This document shows positions 1 through 12,026 of a stretch of 64,000 nucleotides of DNA, in pieces. The notes under the pieces are model-generated. The model searched no databases. It saw only the letters and a list, made by a program, of their open reading frames with translations, and was not told where the DNA came from. The position numbers were made by a program, and so were the translations under genes. Each line of letters begins with the position of its first letter. The stretch's first letter is position 1. The stretch is taken from assembly GCA_964247055.1 (NCBI GenBank), contig OZ176052.1, positions 8,122,001-8,186,000 on the forward strand, given 5' to 3'. This DNA comes from Paragordius varius (lineage: Eukaryota; Animalia; Nematomorpha).

Positions 1-326
1 AAAAAAAAATTTATTCGGCCGGTCATACCACTGCGTTATTATATAAGTTGCTTTTTAAAAAAATATTTTTTAATCTTAGATAAATTAACATTAGATATGA
101 AACCATAATTATTGCTTGAGTCAGCACCCTCAATATTATAAAATTTTAAAATGAATATTTATTTGGAAACGTAAGAAAAATAAACAAAATACACCAAGTT
201 GGCGGTTTAGTTTGTTAAATGTAGGATGCGAATTACAATGCATCCCAGCAATCAAAAATATTTATATATGTTGAGAACAAATAATACATTTTTGTGGTAT
301 ATACGTTTTGTTTTTGTTAAACACAG

Positions 327-2175
327 GTAACCCTATAACTTGTGATTGTGATGTTTACAAACTTATTAAATGGTATTATTATGAATCAAATTTGGTGGAT
401 GTCCCTATTATTCAATTGGAAGCGACTTGTTCGAATCCCAAACATGGTATAAGGGAACATTCATTGCTTAGCCATCGTCTCATGCTAAAGCTTCAGCAAC
501 TTTGTGGTGAACCTGACGAAAATTTTGAGAATCAAACATCACCTTCGTTGATTGCCGACATCTTTGGAATAAATAAGGCGAAAAAGGTATTTATAACACG
601 GTAGCATAAATAATAAATATATATATATATATATATATATTTCATGTGTCATTTAAATGCAGATAATATCTCACCCAAAAACAGTAAAAATAAAGCGGGG
701 TGAGACAAAAAAGAATTAATTGCATTTTATATTTTATCACATATGGACTTTAACATTATGTAGGAAATATTTTTTTAAACTTTATCAATTATATTTTTAT
801 TTAAAAAAAACTCTTTATCAATTATATTTTTTTAAAAAAAAACTCTAAAGTTGGCATCAATGGGTTCCAAAGCACAAATCGATATATGGGAGCACCGAAT
901 AACCTAAAAAATATTTTAGTTTTTTATTGAAACTACATAACACCATACACCGAATGAATACTTAGCTAGTTTTAATAATATAAATTTTTATCAAAGCCGT
1001 GTCAGGGCCGTTTGCAGTATCCAGAATAAAGCGGAAATTTAGAGAAAGACTTGAAAAAAATTGTAAAATAAGTTGACATTGCAATGTAGAAAAAGATATC
1101 TTTCGCCTGATTTGATATAAAAATTTATTAAATTACAAAATTTGATTTAACTATTAAATAAAAATTTATAATTAATTTGACAATAAATATTTCAATGTAA
1201 AAATCAGAGCCCATAGATACATATGTTCAAAAATGTCTAAGCATGCAACTTTCCAACGATCATCTCCTTTCAAAATTTTATATAATCCCAAAATTATGAG
1301 TCTCGAAACTAATATTATTTTAAAATGTATATTGAGTGTTGCTACATTTAATTAAGTAACGATGTAATATGAAGTGCAAAAGTAATAGCACATTATTTTT
1401 CTATTCTTTGATTTATAAAAAACATTTGACTACAAATTTAAGCTAAAATTTTTTTGGTAGTAATAATTTTTTTATCAAAAATTCTGAGTTATTAGAAATC
1501 TTAAGCAGCATTTATTGTACAAAAATTATAAACATTTATACCTTTTGCAGCATCCTAAGATATCTAATTATATTATATTGCTCTTTGCATATATGAAGCT
1601 AAGTTGCAGATTTCAATTTATTTTATGCACCATATACATCAAAACGTGTTGTTAAAGCATTTTAAAACATAAATTAACACAACATTTATTATAATGAATA
1701 GGCCAAACAGTTTCCCGGTGATAATAAATCCCATGCTCTCTCTCCATATCGTTCGGGTGACAAAGCTACCTATACGCCGAAAAATTCTCAACAGTGGAAA
1801 GGACATTTAGTAATTGTCACACTTAGTATTTTGTTTGCCATATCTGTACTCATGCTATTTGCCTTATTTGTTAACCGTTATGGCTTAACGAAACGCACCC
1901 TGAGCAATAAAACAAATTTCCTACTTTCCAAATTCCATCTTGGAAATGCGTCGAATTCATCATCTGGCCATCGAGCGGTATGGGGTTCTGGTATGGGATC
2001 AGATCGAATTCGATTCGTTAGCCAAGAAATTTTACCAGCAGCCGAATCTATGTCTATACAGCCACCATCAGTTCAAAATTATAATACGAATACGACTCAA
2101 CCATCAACATCAAACAATAATAGCAACATTAAAAATAATAAATCTTCACAGGTTACAACCAATCTCTCTCAATAG
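327..2175 (+). CDS. 3' part of an LRR single-pass transmembrane receptor (paralog A): exons 327-586 and 1702-2175; upstream exons lie outside the window
   Basis: Acceptor acacag|gt opens GNPITCDCDVYKLIKW...ATCSNP...LCG (LRR C-terminal cap). Donor aag|gtattt at 586 is phase 0 and joins aatag|gcc at 1702, in frame with the 1831-2175 ORF (TM segment LVIVTLSILFAISVLMLFALFV, then a S/N/T-rich tail). Homologous to the last exon of the 13626-19527 gene. Confidence 0.8.
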
Positions 2176-4036
2176 CTGATGCAGGAACGAATTCTTCTTT
2201 TAGATATTTATTTCATATTTTTTAATTTTAGTGTTTCTTTTAATATTTGTAATATCTCATGTATTTTTATTAATCAATAAATAATCTATATATTTATAAA
2301 AATGGATAGTGGTGGCTTTGTGATCTGTTTCCGGAAAACCGGTAGACCCATTCAAATCCAAATATCGAAAAAATATAATCATTAATGAATGCCCCGACAA
2401 TAGCTTCGCCCTTTTTTGGAATTAGGGCTCCATTTCGGGGCTACCCCGTGTAAAAAAACGGGTTTTTTTGAAAACAGATTCGTGTCTTTGAGACAATTTT
2501 CCTTAAAAGGTGTTGCACCATTCGATTTCAGATATGATTTTTTTTTACTTATTTTCGATTGCGCCAAACATAGTCGGCTTGCTTTTTTAATTTAGGCCCT
2601 CTTTTTACCCGTTTCCCCCGTAAAATGCCATTTTTTTCAAAAAAATTACAAAAATAATTTTTCGAGTCTATTTTTCGCCCAGGGTATGAGACCGTAAAAA
2701 TTCAATAAAGATTCCAGGTATTTCCTGTTAAAAGGCAAAAACTTAAGTCGTGCGTTTCTTTTATATTGGTTGCTGGGTAAGTAGCTACCCGCTAAAAACT
2801 GATACGTCATATCAAAATAGTGTGCCTTTAGGGCTAATATCAGGCCGTATGAGTTCAATAGGTGCTTAAAATATTCGTAAAAAGTCAAAAATTTAAGTCT
2901 TAAATTAGCGGTTAAATAGGCTCTGGGTAGGGGACTACCCGTGTAAAAATGCGTCACTATATCGATACGGTATGTCTTTGGAGACAAATTTCAGAAAATT
3001 ATGATACTAAGTACAATAACGGCCTAAAATATTTATTACCCCTTAAAAAATAAATATTTTACTATAGGGGGTTATATTGAGTGGCTAAGAAATGTTTTAT
3101 GCCCTAAAAAATTCGCCGCCATAGAACAATTTTTTGGTTTTGAAGCAATATTTCCAAGAACTTATAGGAGCATATGGACATTATAATTCCAGACATTCCT
3201 CATATAAAGACAAAAATTTTGCCCGACGCTTTTTTATACCTGCCTCTGAGTAAGAAGCTACCCGCCAAAAACTGTGCCACTATATAGAAATTACGTTGTT
3301 TTGGAACTAATTCAAAATTTATGCCATATAAGCTAATTTAAAGTTGGAAATATTACCCGTAACTAGGTAAAAATTAAGGTCAGGCTTCTTTATTAGCCGT
3401 TAATTTGGGGCGTTTATGCCCTAAAACGCCATCATATAACGATTATTTAGTATTGAAGTATTTTTTCGAATAACCCATGAGACGATGGTCTCAAAGACGA
3501 TTCCAAATATTTTCCTCATAAAGGCAAAAAATTTAACTTAGCGCTTTTCCATATAGGCCTATGGTAATGTGACCTGATAGGCTGTTTTTCGCAGTACAGT
3601 ACTGGGTTTTCAGAAAAAAACTGCTCCCACTTTTGTACTGCTTTTTGAAATTAAAATAATTTAATTTTTTATAAATATATAACCTTTTATTAATTCAAAA
3701 AAATTATTTTAGAACTAAATATAGTACCCTCTGCAAAAATAACCCCATAATTTGTAGAGAAATGGTTCATTTTGAGGTAAAAAAACTAAGATTACACGAA
3801 AAACTTAAGATTGCAGTCTTTCGCGCAGTGGCAAAATAAACCTCGGACTCCACCTTAAGATGCTCTTTCGCTCAGGGCTTCCGCAAAAAGAGGAGCTTCA
3901 AAATTTAAAATTAATAAATTAATTTATGATATTTAAATAAATGTTTGATCAAGTTTAGAAAGTTCATTTTTTGTTATAATTATCAAACGGAAAATTAAAA
4001 ATTGTTATTCCCGTAACATATATTGCAAAATTATTA

Positions 4037-5267
4037 CACTGTGTGCAAAAGATTTTAACAAAACTTTTTTTTTCATGAGATAGCTTATGACCAGCGTATT
4101 CATTTGCTGCAAAATTTTTTATTTGTTGACAACCTAGCTTTTGAAATATTGAGAGGAAATCAAAATTGGGCAAAAAGTGAAAATTAAGGATAATTAAGGA
4201 TGAATCAAAAAATAATGATAAAATTTTAAATATTATGGTTTATTATCATTTTAGGAGATATTTTCAATATATAAATAGCCTTAAATCATATAGTTAGGGT
4301 TTCTATAAAATTTCAGCTCAAAAGATGGCGTTTTTGTTTTATCGCTTAAAAGAAAAAAATTAATTGAAACTATATTAAAATAATTTTTTAATTATTTACT
4401 ACCTAAACTCACTATTAAAATCTTAACATTTATATTTTATTCAGTAAAAAATACATATATATCAAAATAAAACCAAAAATACTGTTTTTATTTTTGCATT
4501 TTTTTGTCATCTGGTTTATGAGTGTATAAAAAATTTATACTGTTTTATTTTGGATTCTGACATGAGTGGGAATTATAAAGCATATAATTTATGCCAAATA
4601 AGATTAAAATCCCAATAAAAATATTAATTTGTCTTAAATCAGACTTGTTACAGGGATTTGTAAGGATTGTTGTTGATATTCTACTACTTTAAAATGCTAT
4701 TTTGCATAAATTATATACTTTAAATTCGCACTCATGTAAGAATCCATAATAAAACAGTATAAATTTTTTTATATACTCACAAGCCAGATGACAAAAAAAT
4801 GTAAAATTAAAAAACAATATTTTTTGGTTTTATTTTAATATATAAGTTTTTTTACTGAATAAAATATGCATGTTAAGATTTTAATAGTAAGTTTAGGTAG
4901 TAAATAATCAAAAAAAAATATTTTAATATAGTTTCATTAAAAAAATTTTGTTTTTTAAGTGTATTTAAAAAAACGCCATCTTTTGAGCTTAAATTTTATA
5001 GAAACTAAAACTATATGATTATAGGCTATTTATATATTGAAAATATATTTTGAAATGATAATAAACCATAATATCTCAAATTTTATCATTATTTTTTGAA
5101 TTATCCTTAATTTTCACTTTGTGCACGATTTTGATTCTCTCTCAATATTTTAAATAGGTTGTCAACAAATAATAATTTTTGCGGCAAATGAATTCATTGG
5201 TCATAAGCTATTCCATGAAAAAAAAATTTTCGTTAAATCAAAATGACCCTCTTTTTTGCACACAGTG
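4037..5267. mobile_element. Foldback MITE with about 570-bp inverted arms, CMC superfamily (Chapaev3-like)
   Basis: Termini CACTGTGTGCAAAA ... TTTTGCACACAGTG, flanked by TTA on both sides (4034-4036, 5268-5270). The arms are recognisably complementary throughout (e.g. gccagatgacaaaaaaatg versus cattttttt-gtcatctgg), with a spacer of about 100 bp. Confidence 0.8.
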
Positions 5268-5427
5268 TTATATATGTAAGATGACCAGATTTTTTGAAGG
5301 AAAAAGCGGGACAAATCTGAGAAGGGGGTGGGTCATTGGGGGGTACAACCAAAAATTTTTATACAAAAAATTTATTGTAATATTTATTTATTTTTAACAC
5401 AAATACATTATAAATATAAAAAAATTT

Positions 5428-6245
5428 GTACCTCACAGGTTGTTTGTACCTTATTCAATAAATTTCCATGTGCACGAACAAAGGGTGAAGTGATTTTAAT
5501 ATTCTAGAAAAAAATAATAAAGACGAAATCATCACAAAGTGCGCTGGGTGATGCAAGAAGCGGACAAAAATATTTTTAACAATTTAGCGAGTAATCTTAA
5601 TCAAAACATTATTGGCAGATACACAACGTTCAAACAGCTACTGATATGTTACCCCTGGATGTGGAAAATATAGATGTTAAAATGCTTGAATATTGTAGAA
5701 CTGTTGGTTAGCTCTTTTGCCAGCGATTGAAATATTTATAAAAATGTGATCTCCTAGAATCCTATTTTTTATCACAGGACAAAGGTCAAAATTCCAAGTC
5801 AAAAAAGGTTAGAAAATAATTTTATACCATTACCTAATCGCAATATTATAAAGCATCCAGAAAAACAAGGCTCAATGAATAGCCAGAATATAAAAATGTT
5901 TTATACAAACAAAAACGATTATTTGGAAGACAAGACCGTGCAATATGACACTTTTTTATGAAGTCTCATTATTAAATGAATATATTGAATGAAAACTTAT
6001 ATTATGGACAACAGAAAAAAATACGTAGGATAGAAATAAAATAATCATTTTTAAACAAATTATGTTCCATACAATAATATTTTAATTGTAGAATTTGCAT
6101 TATCTTTACCTGAACCACTGCTATTGAATGCGTTTTTTTACAGTAAATTAAGTAAGGACACGGAATCAAATGTTGAATAAAAGCCATTTTATGTGTTTAA
6201 ATATAATTTGACAAATTATGAAGACTTATACAATATATTAAGTAA
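5428..6245 (+). pseudogene. Inverted, multiply deleted copy of the adjacent hAT transposase
   Basis: Colinear blocks match the reverse complement of 6345-7825, e.g. tgtacctcacaggtt, aatcttaatcaaaacattattggc, gttacccctggatgtggaaaat, ggttagaaaataattttataccatta, aaatataatttgacaaatt. About 80% identity by eye. Confidence 0.85.
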
Positions 6246-6251
6246 TTTTGT

Positions 6252-8142
6252 TTATTTTTTAACATAAAAACTTAATAAATATAAGAAAATATTTTCTTTG
6301 GTATATTTTTTGTTTGAGTGAATGCGTTTTAGCAGATTGTCATCATTTTTTAAAATATTGTAGAAGTCTTCACAAGAATTTGTCAAATTATATTTGACAG
6401 ATAAAACGGCCTTTAAAGTTTCAACATTTAAATTTGATTTTTCCGATGTCCACACCTGATTTACTGTGGAAAAACGCGCTCAGTAGCAGCGTTGGTTCTA
6501 GGTAAAGATAGTGCGAATTCCACAATTTTTAAAATATTATTGTATGTAATATAGTTGGCTTCAAAATGATGAAATATTTCCAACCATTTCTTTTCTACTG
6601 TATATTTTCTTTTGTCCATAATTTAAGTTTTTCATTATTAATATATCTTTTAACTAATACTTCAGAAAAAAGATCATTTTCTGAAAGATTACTTTTTGAT
6701 AATTTTTGGGAGCAGATATAATCTAATGATTTTTGAACATCGCACCAATTAAATTCTGATTTTAATGTTATCCAATGAAAATGATCAATTTCATTGAATT
6801 GCGTCGTCCAGTCTTCCAAATAATCTTTACAGTTTGTATAAAACATTTTTATATGGCACAGGATATCTTGGCGATTTATTAAGCCTTGTTTTTCTAAATT
6901 ATTTATTATATTGCGGATGGTTAATGGTATAAAATTATTTTCTAACCGTTCTTGACATTGGAATTTTAGGTTACTAACTTCATTGGCTAATTCAATAGCC
7001 GAAATTTTGTCACCTTCTATAAATTTAATAACATTTTGAAAGAGAGAAGCTTGATTATGTAAGAATTCTAACCATATTTTTGAACAATCACTTTCAAAAA
7101 ATTAAAGTTGTAGAACATTTGTCCTGTGATAATAAAAAAGATTTTAAAGGATCATACATTTTTAAAATTCTTTCGATAGCTGGCATAAAAGCTAACCAAC
7201 GAGTTTTACAATATCCAAGCATTTTTTGATATTGAACTTCTGCATTTTCACAGAATTCTTTAAGCGTTTCAACACTACCGTGTATAAATAAAAATAGGAA
7301 TATATTTTAACAACTACATTTTCCACATCTAGGGGTAACAAATCAGCAGCTGTTTGAATAGCGTTGTGTATTATATGGGCTGCACACCCAACGCCAATAA
7401 TGTTTTGATTAAGATTATCTGTTAATTTATGAAAAATATTTTTTTGTCCTCTCCTTGCTTTTCCACCAAAGTTCATATTGGTGTTGTCAGCGCAATATAC
7501 GTTAATTTTGTATTTTAAATTATTTTTTGCATTATTGAAGTAAATATTATTTCGGAATTTTCACCGGGTAGGGAAATTAAATCTAAAATTTTAATTTTTA
7601 CTCCGGTTTCTGGATCAAAATATCTTATTAAAGTGGGAAATAATTTTGTTTCCTTGTGAGATGCATCAAAGTATAGCGATATGAAATTAATTTTCAGCAA
7701 ATCTTTTTGTATTTCAGAAAATACATGTGGCGAAAGGACATTGCACACAATGGCTTCAGCCTTTGTACGGGCACATGTAAATTTTTTATGGAATAACGTG
7801 TGAATAACCTGTGAGGTACAATCCATAGATCTAAAGGAATGATTGTGATTAACGGCGTGAAAAGATAACACGCCCTCAGCTAGTGCCAAATTCTTTTCTT
7901 CCTCTCCAAAAGCGGTTTTTCAAAAAAATCGCTCATTTTGTAAGATGATGCCGCCATATTTAAACATTTTTAATTTTCTGTGTTTCCATATGCTTTGTAA
8001 TATCATGCTTGCCGCCATGTGCTAGGGTGAATTCCCCCTCGCATATAAGACATTTAACAAATGATTCATTCTTCGTTTTTTTAATAAAAGGAAAATCCTT
8101 CATTAATTCATCGTTGAATTTACAACCTCTTTTTGTGCTCAT
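6252..8142 (-). pseudogene. hAT transposase, frameshifted into at least 5 ORF pieces
   Basis: N-terminal zinc-finger-like CLICEGEFTLAHGGKHDITKH, core SLYFDAS, CAAHIIHN (CxxH motif), and C-terminal dimerisation-domain-like WTSEKSNLNVETLKAVLSVKYN. Confidence 0.9.
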
Positions 8143-8158
8143 ATTTATAAACTACTAT

Positions 8159-8430
8159 TAGTATAATAAATATTATATTACCTTAATTTACTGTGATAAA
8201 CGTGTAAGGTACCGATTTGTGGTATCAATTTGTCTTTTAAGCTACCGATTTGTGGTATTAATTTGGCTTTTTAATAATGTTGACAAGTAATAAAACTAAA
8301 ATATTGGTATAATAAATATTATATTACCTTAATTTTGTGAAATAAACGTGTAAGGTACCGATTTGTGGTATCAATTTGTCTTTTAATCTAGATATTTGTG
8401 GTATTAACTTGGCTTTTTGATAATAATGAC
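8159..8430. repeat. Tandem duplication of about 147 bp in the transposase 5' region
   Basis: gtataataaatattatattaccttaatt...aaacgtgtaaggtaccgatttgtggtatcaatttgtcttttaa occurs at about 8161 and about 8307. Confidence 0.85.
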
Positions 8431-10564
8431 AGTAGTAGTAGGAAGTATAGTGTATAATCACATGATATAAATTCGAAAAAAATAAATATTTTTAATTTAA
8501 AATAAAAAATTTTAATTTAAAATTGAATAGATTTTTAAGATATTTAATGATAAAAAATTTAAACGGACAAAAAAAATTTATTTGCATTAAAAAAATTTTT
8601 TTTTATATAATCGTGAAAAAGCGGGACATTTAAAAACGTAGCAGGAAGCGGGACAAAGTGTGAAAAAGCGGGACGTCTGGTCACCTTATATATATGGCAT
8701 ATCATACTTATTAGATGGGAGGTATATTACTTGATTTTTTTCTTAAACTTTAATTTTTATTAGTTTTTTTATTTTTTGCATAAAATAATTTGAGAATTTT
8801 TTTGAAGCGTCTTCAAACTATTTTGAAGTATGATAGAAACGGTATAACGCTTTAAGATTTAATAAAATCCTTTTAAATAATTCGAGAATGTTGAACATTA
8901 CTATAGGTTCAGAATTTTGATTTAAAGGTTTGTTTGATTGCAAATTTTGGTGAGTTTTTGTTAAAAAACACATTTTCGATTTAACATAAATTTGAAAACG
9001 AATGAATAATCAAAATTTTGATTAAGACATAATCGAATTATATATATATATATATATAAAATGTTATAACATCTCAACCGTTTATATCGTTTCCATCATG
9101 CCCAAAATAATACGAAGTACGCTTCAACAAAATTTTGCTAAAAATTAAATTTTTGTAAGTGTCCATTTTTTAAAAAATTAAAATTCAGCATATATTTAAA
9201 ATTATTGCACAATATCGAAATTTTTGCGTTTATTTTAATAGAACAGTCCATTTTAAAAGGGGCAAAAAACTTGGGACTTTCAGACCCCACATCTAAAAGT
9301 TTCAAAAGCGCCATGATAAGCCTCAATTTTTTCTCGCAAAATATATATATTTCATCTGGATATTTTTTTGTGGAAACTGTGTAATATACCACAGGTGTTA
9401 AAACAGGCAAAGTATGTTTTAATTTTGTACTGCGTTGAAGTTCAAAATATCTGGTCACATTAGCCTATGGGTAGGGGTCTACCGGTTTAAAACTGAGACG
9501 AGATATAAAAATGGCGTGGCTTTGGAGCAATTTTCAAAAAACTTAAGAAGCCATACGAGTTCAATAAAGGCTTTAAATATTACCCGTAAAAAGGTAAAAA
9601 TTATAGTATAGCGGTTTTTTCCGTTAGCCATCAATTTGGGGCCTTTACACCAGTAAACAATATATTGGTATGAATGCACCGTTTTGAAAATCCGACATAG
9701 CTATTTAAAAGTGTTTCGAAATAATCCACATATATGGATCATTTTATTGTCCCTTTTTGCAAATAGCCCCCCCCCAGAAGTCCGAAGGACTTCCTTGGGC
9801 CGCGTAGTACCACGAGATTTACGCTATTAGATAAAAATTAATCGTCTGTTTGATTTTAATAAATTAATGAAAATGAATAAAGCTCTACAACTTTTATCAT
9901 GCTAGAGATTGTGAATATGTGCTTAAATTATTTTTATGACTAAATCTAAATTTTCTGTCCAGTTTGATATTTGTTTATTCTTTCATATAACGACGGGATT
10001 GTATGGTAAAATTGACTTAAATCCGAAATTCGGATTTTATTTTATTAATACACTCAGTTAGTCAATGTAAAATCCATATTGTTTAAATTATATGCATGAT
10101 AGTTGTCATAAAAATATAGGTATAATTTAATTAGTAACAGTCAAATATTTTTTGGGTGCATTTTGTATTAAGTATAATACTCGAGAATTTTTCGCCTAAC
10201 TGTCATTATACGATTTTATCAACATGATTTTTTATAAATAATAAATTATAAAAATTTATTATCATTACAACATTTCAATATCTGTTTAATTAATGTTTTA
10301 AAATATCATAATCCCAATTTATGCAACGGTATAAATCCACAATGAAATAAAATGGTAAAACGTTATATTAAAATAATAATTTTGCCAATCTCAGTTTAAT
10401 TTTAAATAACAACTGCAATTTATGCATTTTATGATTTTATTAAATTAAACTATTAATGTAATTTCCCAATTAGATTATGGAATTGGAAAAAATGGTAAAT
10501 GAAATTGAAAATAACAAATTGAAATACGTTAAAATTCGATTTACTTTAATTTTTTTAAAAAAAA

Positions 10565-10738
10565 GGCGTGAGGGTATAGTAGGTATGACGCCGGACTCTT
10601 ACCTGCATGCCAGAGTTCGAACCCCGAAACTACGCAATTTGTCTATCATCACTGTCGACTCTAATCAGGCTAAAGCCTTCCCATGTCCGGAGACAATTTA
10701 AGTCCTTACCCGTTAATAAAAAAGGAAAAAAGAAACTA
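10565..10738 (+). mobile_element. tRNA-derived SINE
   Basis: A-box-like GGGTATAGTAGG and B-box GAGTTCGAACC. Body and A-rich tail (acaatttaagtccttaccc...aaaaaaggaaaaaaga) are shared with 60811-60990. Confidence 0.8.
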
Positions 10739-11142
10739 TTTTTTTTTAATTTTAAAAATATTATTCTGATTAATTTTAAGAATTCTTATAACTTTTTCTT
10801 AAATTTATATCAAAGTATTCATCACTATGTGCATGAGGATTAAAAAATAAATGACTATAAATATATCATAATGCGGTTAAAATGCCAGATAATATTTTTT
10901 ATGCTATTAGCAATATCTAAAAAATCATATTTTTATCGCTTAAGTTGGAAAATAATTATTACAATCTAGGGAAATCAATTAAATTTTGTATATTAACATT
11001 TTTTCTAGTTTCCCATTATAATGAGATGAACATCATGATTTTAAAATTTAATTATAACTTTGGTCCATGTAACATGATTGATTATCATTTAAATGTGTGT
11101 TTTATACTTTTGTATAATGTGTTATTCATTCTGTACATTGTA

Positions 11143-11388
11143 AATAATCCTATTAAGTGCAATTGCGATGTGTATAACTTGTAAATGGTATTATGGTAAT
11201 CAAAACCTATTCTAGAAGACAAGTACACATTAATTCCACTTTAACATTGATATGAGCAATCTCAGCTTAACGGGATGTGTTTTAACCCTGATATGAAGAT
11301 CAATGAAATCTCCACTTTGATTGATAAACTTGCTCCTTTTTGCGGGCCCAAAAATGTTGCACATAGTTCTTCTGAAACCTTCAAATAA
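11143..11388 (+). pseudogene. Degenerate LRR C-terminal-cap exon (paralog B relic)
   Basis: NNPIKCNCDVYNL, then a frameshift to KWYY, then QLNGMCFNPD...DKLAPFCG. Matches the caps at 327 and 18968. Stops and frameshifts present; no AG acceptor; no upstream LRR exons seen. Confidence 0.75.
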
Positions 11389-11499
11389 ATGATTTAAAAT
11401 TGTTATTAAATATTTGTAAATCTTAACTTTATTTCCATAGTTTTCATATATATACCTAGGGGTGCAAAATAAAATTTAATAAAACTTATAAATAATTAA

Positions 11500-12026
11500 T
11501 TCTCCATGACCTTTTGGTGTAGTTTTATACCCCAGAGCGATTTCAGAAACGAATATCTTAAAAAGTATTTAAGGTGTTAGGCCGAAGTTATAAATATGCT
11601 TTCTTTAGCTTTTAGAACCATATACAAATTTTTTATAAATGTATTGTAAAAAAATCTTCACCTCAAACTTTTCCGCAATTCTTTTTATAATTTTTTCGCT
11701 AATGCAACAGCAAATAAAGTATATTATGTAAAATGCAAATAATTAACTTAGTTTTCAGGCTACATTTTACCTGCAAAAACTTGATATATTTTGATTTTAA
11801 TATCAGCTGTCAGTTTCAATGGTATTTTGAAATTGTCCCAATTTTAAACTCTAGAAGTCACAAAACTGACAAATATAAGATTTTTTATCTAATACTTTAG
11901 AACAATGCTTATAATTAAATTTTAACCAAAATAACTTTAGTAGTTTATCTACAAAATTGAGCTATGGGAAATAAAATTACCAGCCCATACGCCAATTAGG
12001 ACAAAAAGTGAAAAGGTCATGAAGTG
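11500..12026. mobile_element. Degenerate TIR MITE (family B, possibly piggyBac-like); relatives near 21.9 kb and 50.0 kb
   Basis: Ends TCTCCATGACCTTT ... AAAAGGTCATGAAGTG, with a shared GTAGTTTT..CCCAGAGC motif. TTAA is evident on one side only. Confidence 0.45.

Larger units (their letters stand above)
5279..8686 (-). mobile_element. hAT DNA transposon with a decayed transposase
   Basis: TIRs AGATGACCAGAT / GTCTGGTCACCT, subterminal GCGGGAC motifs at both ends, flanks TATATGTA / TATATATA (7 of 8 match, in a TA-rich site). Confidence 0.8.
3565..9462. mobile_element. Non-autonomous hAT element (about 1.25 kb of its own sequence) hosting two further insertions
   Basis: 15-bp TIRs TAATGTGACCTGATA / TATCTGGTCACATTA (1 mismatch) and a perfect 8-bp TSD GCCTATGG at 3557-3564 and 9463-9470. 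Confidence 0.9.
2285..9827 (+). mobile_element. Non-autonomous Helitron, copy 1, split by a 5.9-kb nested insertion (own sequence 2285-3564 and 9463-9827)
   Basis: 5' end a|TCTATATATTTATAAAAATGG, identical to the 39416 copy. Internal about 165-bp repeats. Sequence stops at ...ggcctatgg (3564) and resumes at gcctatgggtaggggtctaccgg (9463), as in the uninterrupted 33.3-kb copy. 3' hairpin gaagtccgaaggacttc followed by a degenerate CTAT|t. Confidence 0.8.

Noticed and set aside
4037-4043. RAG recombination signal or Transib element suggested by the CACTGTG/CACAGTG heptamers
   Set aside because: No nonamer with a 12/23 spacer, and the target duplication is 3 bp (TTA), not 5 bp.
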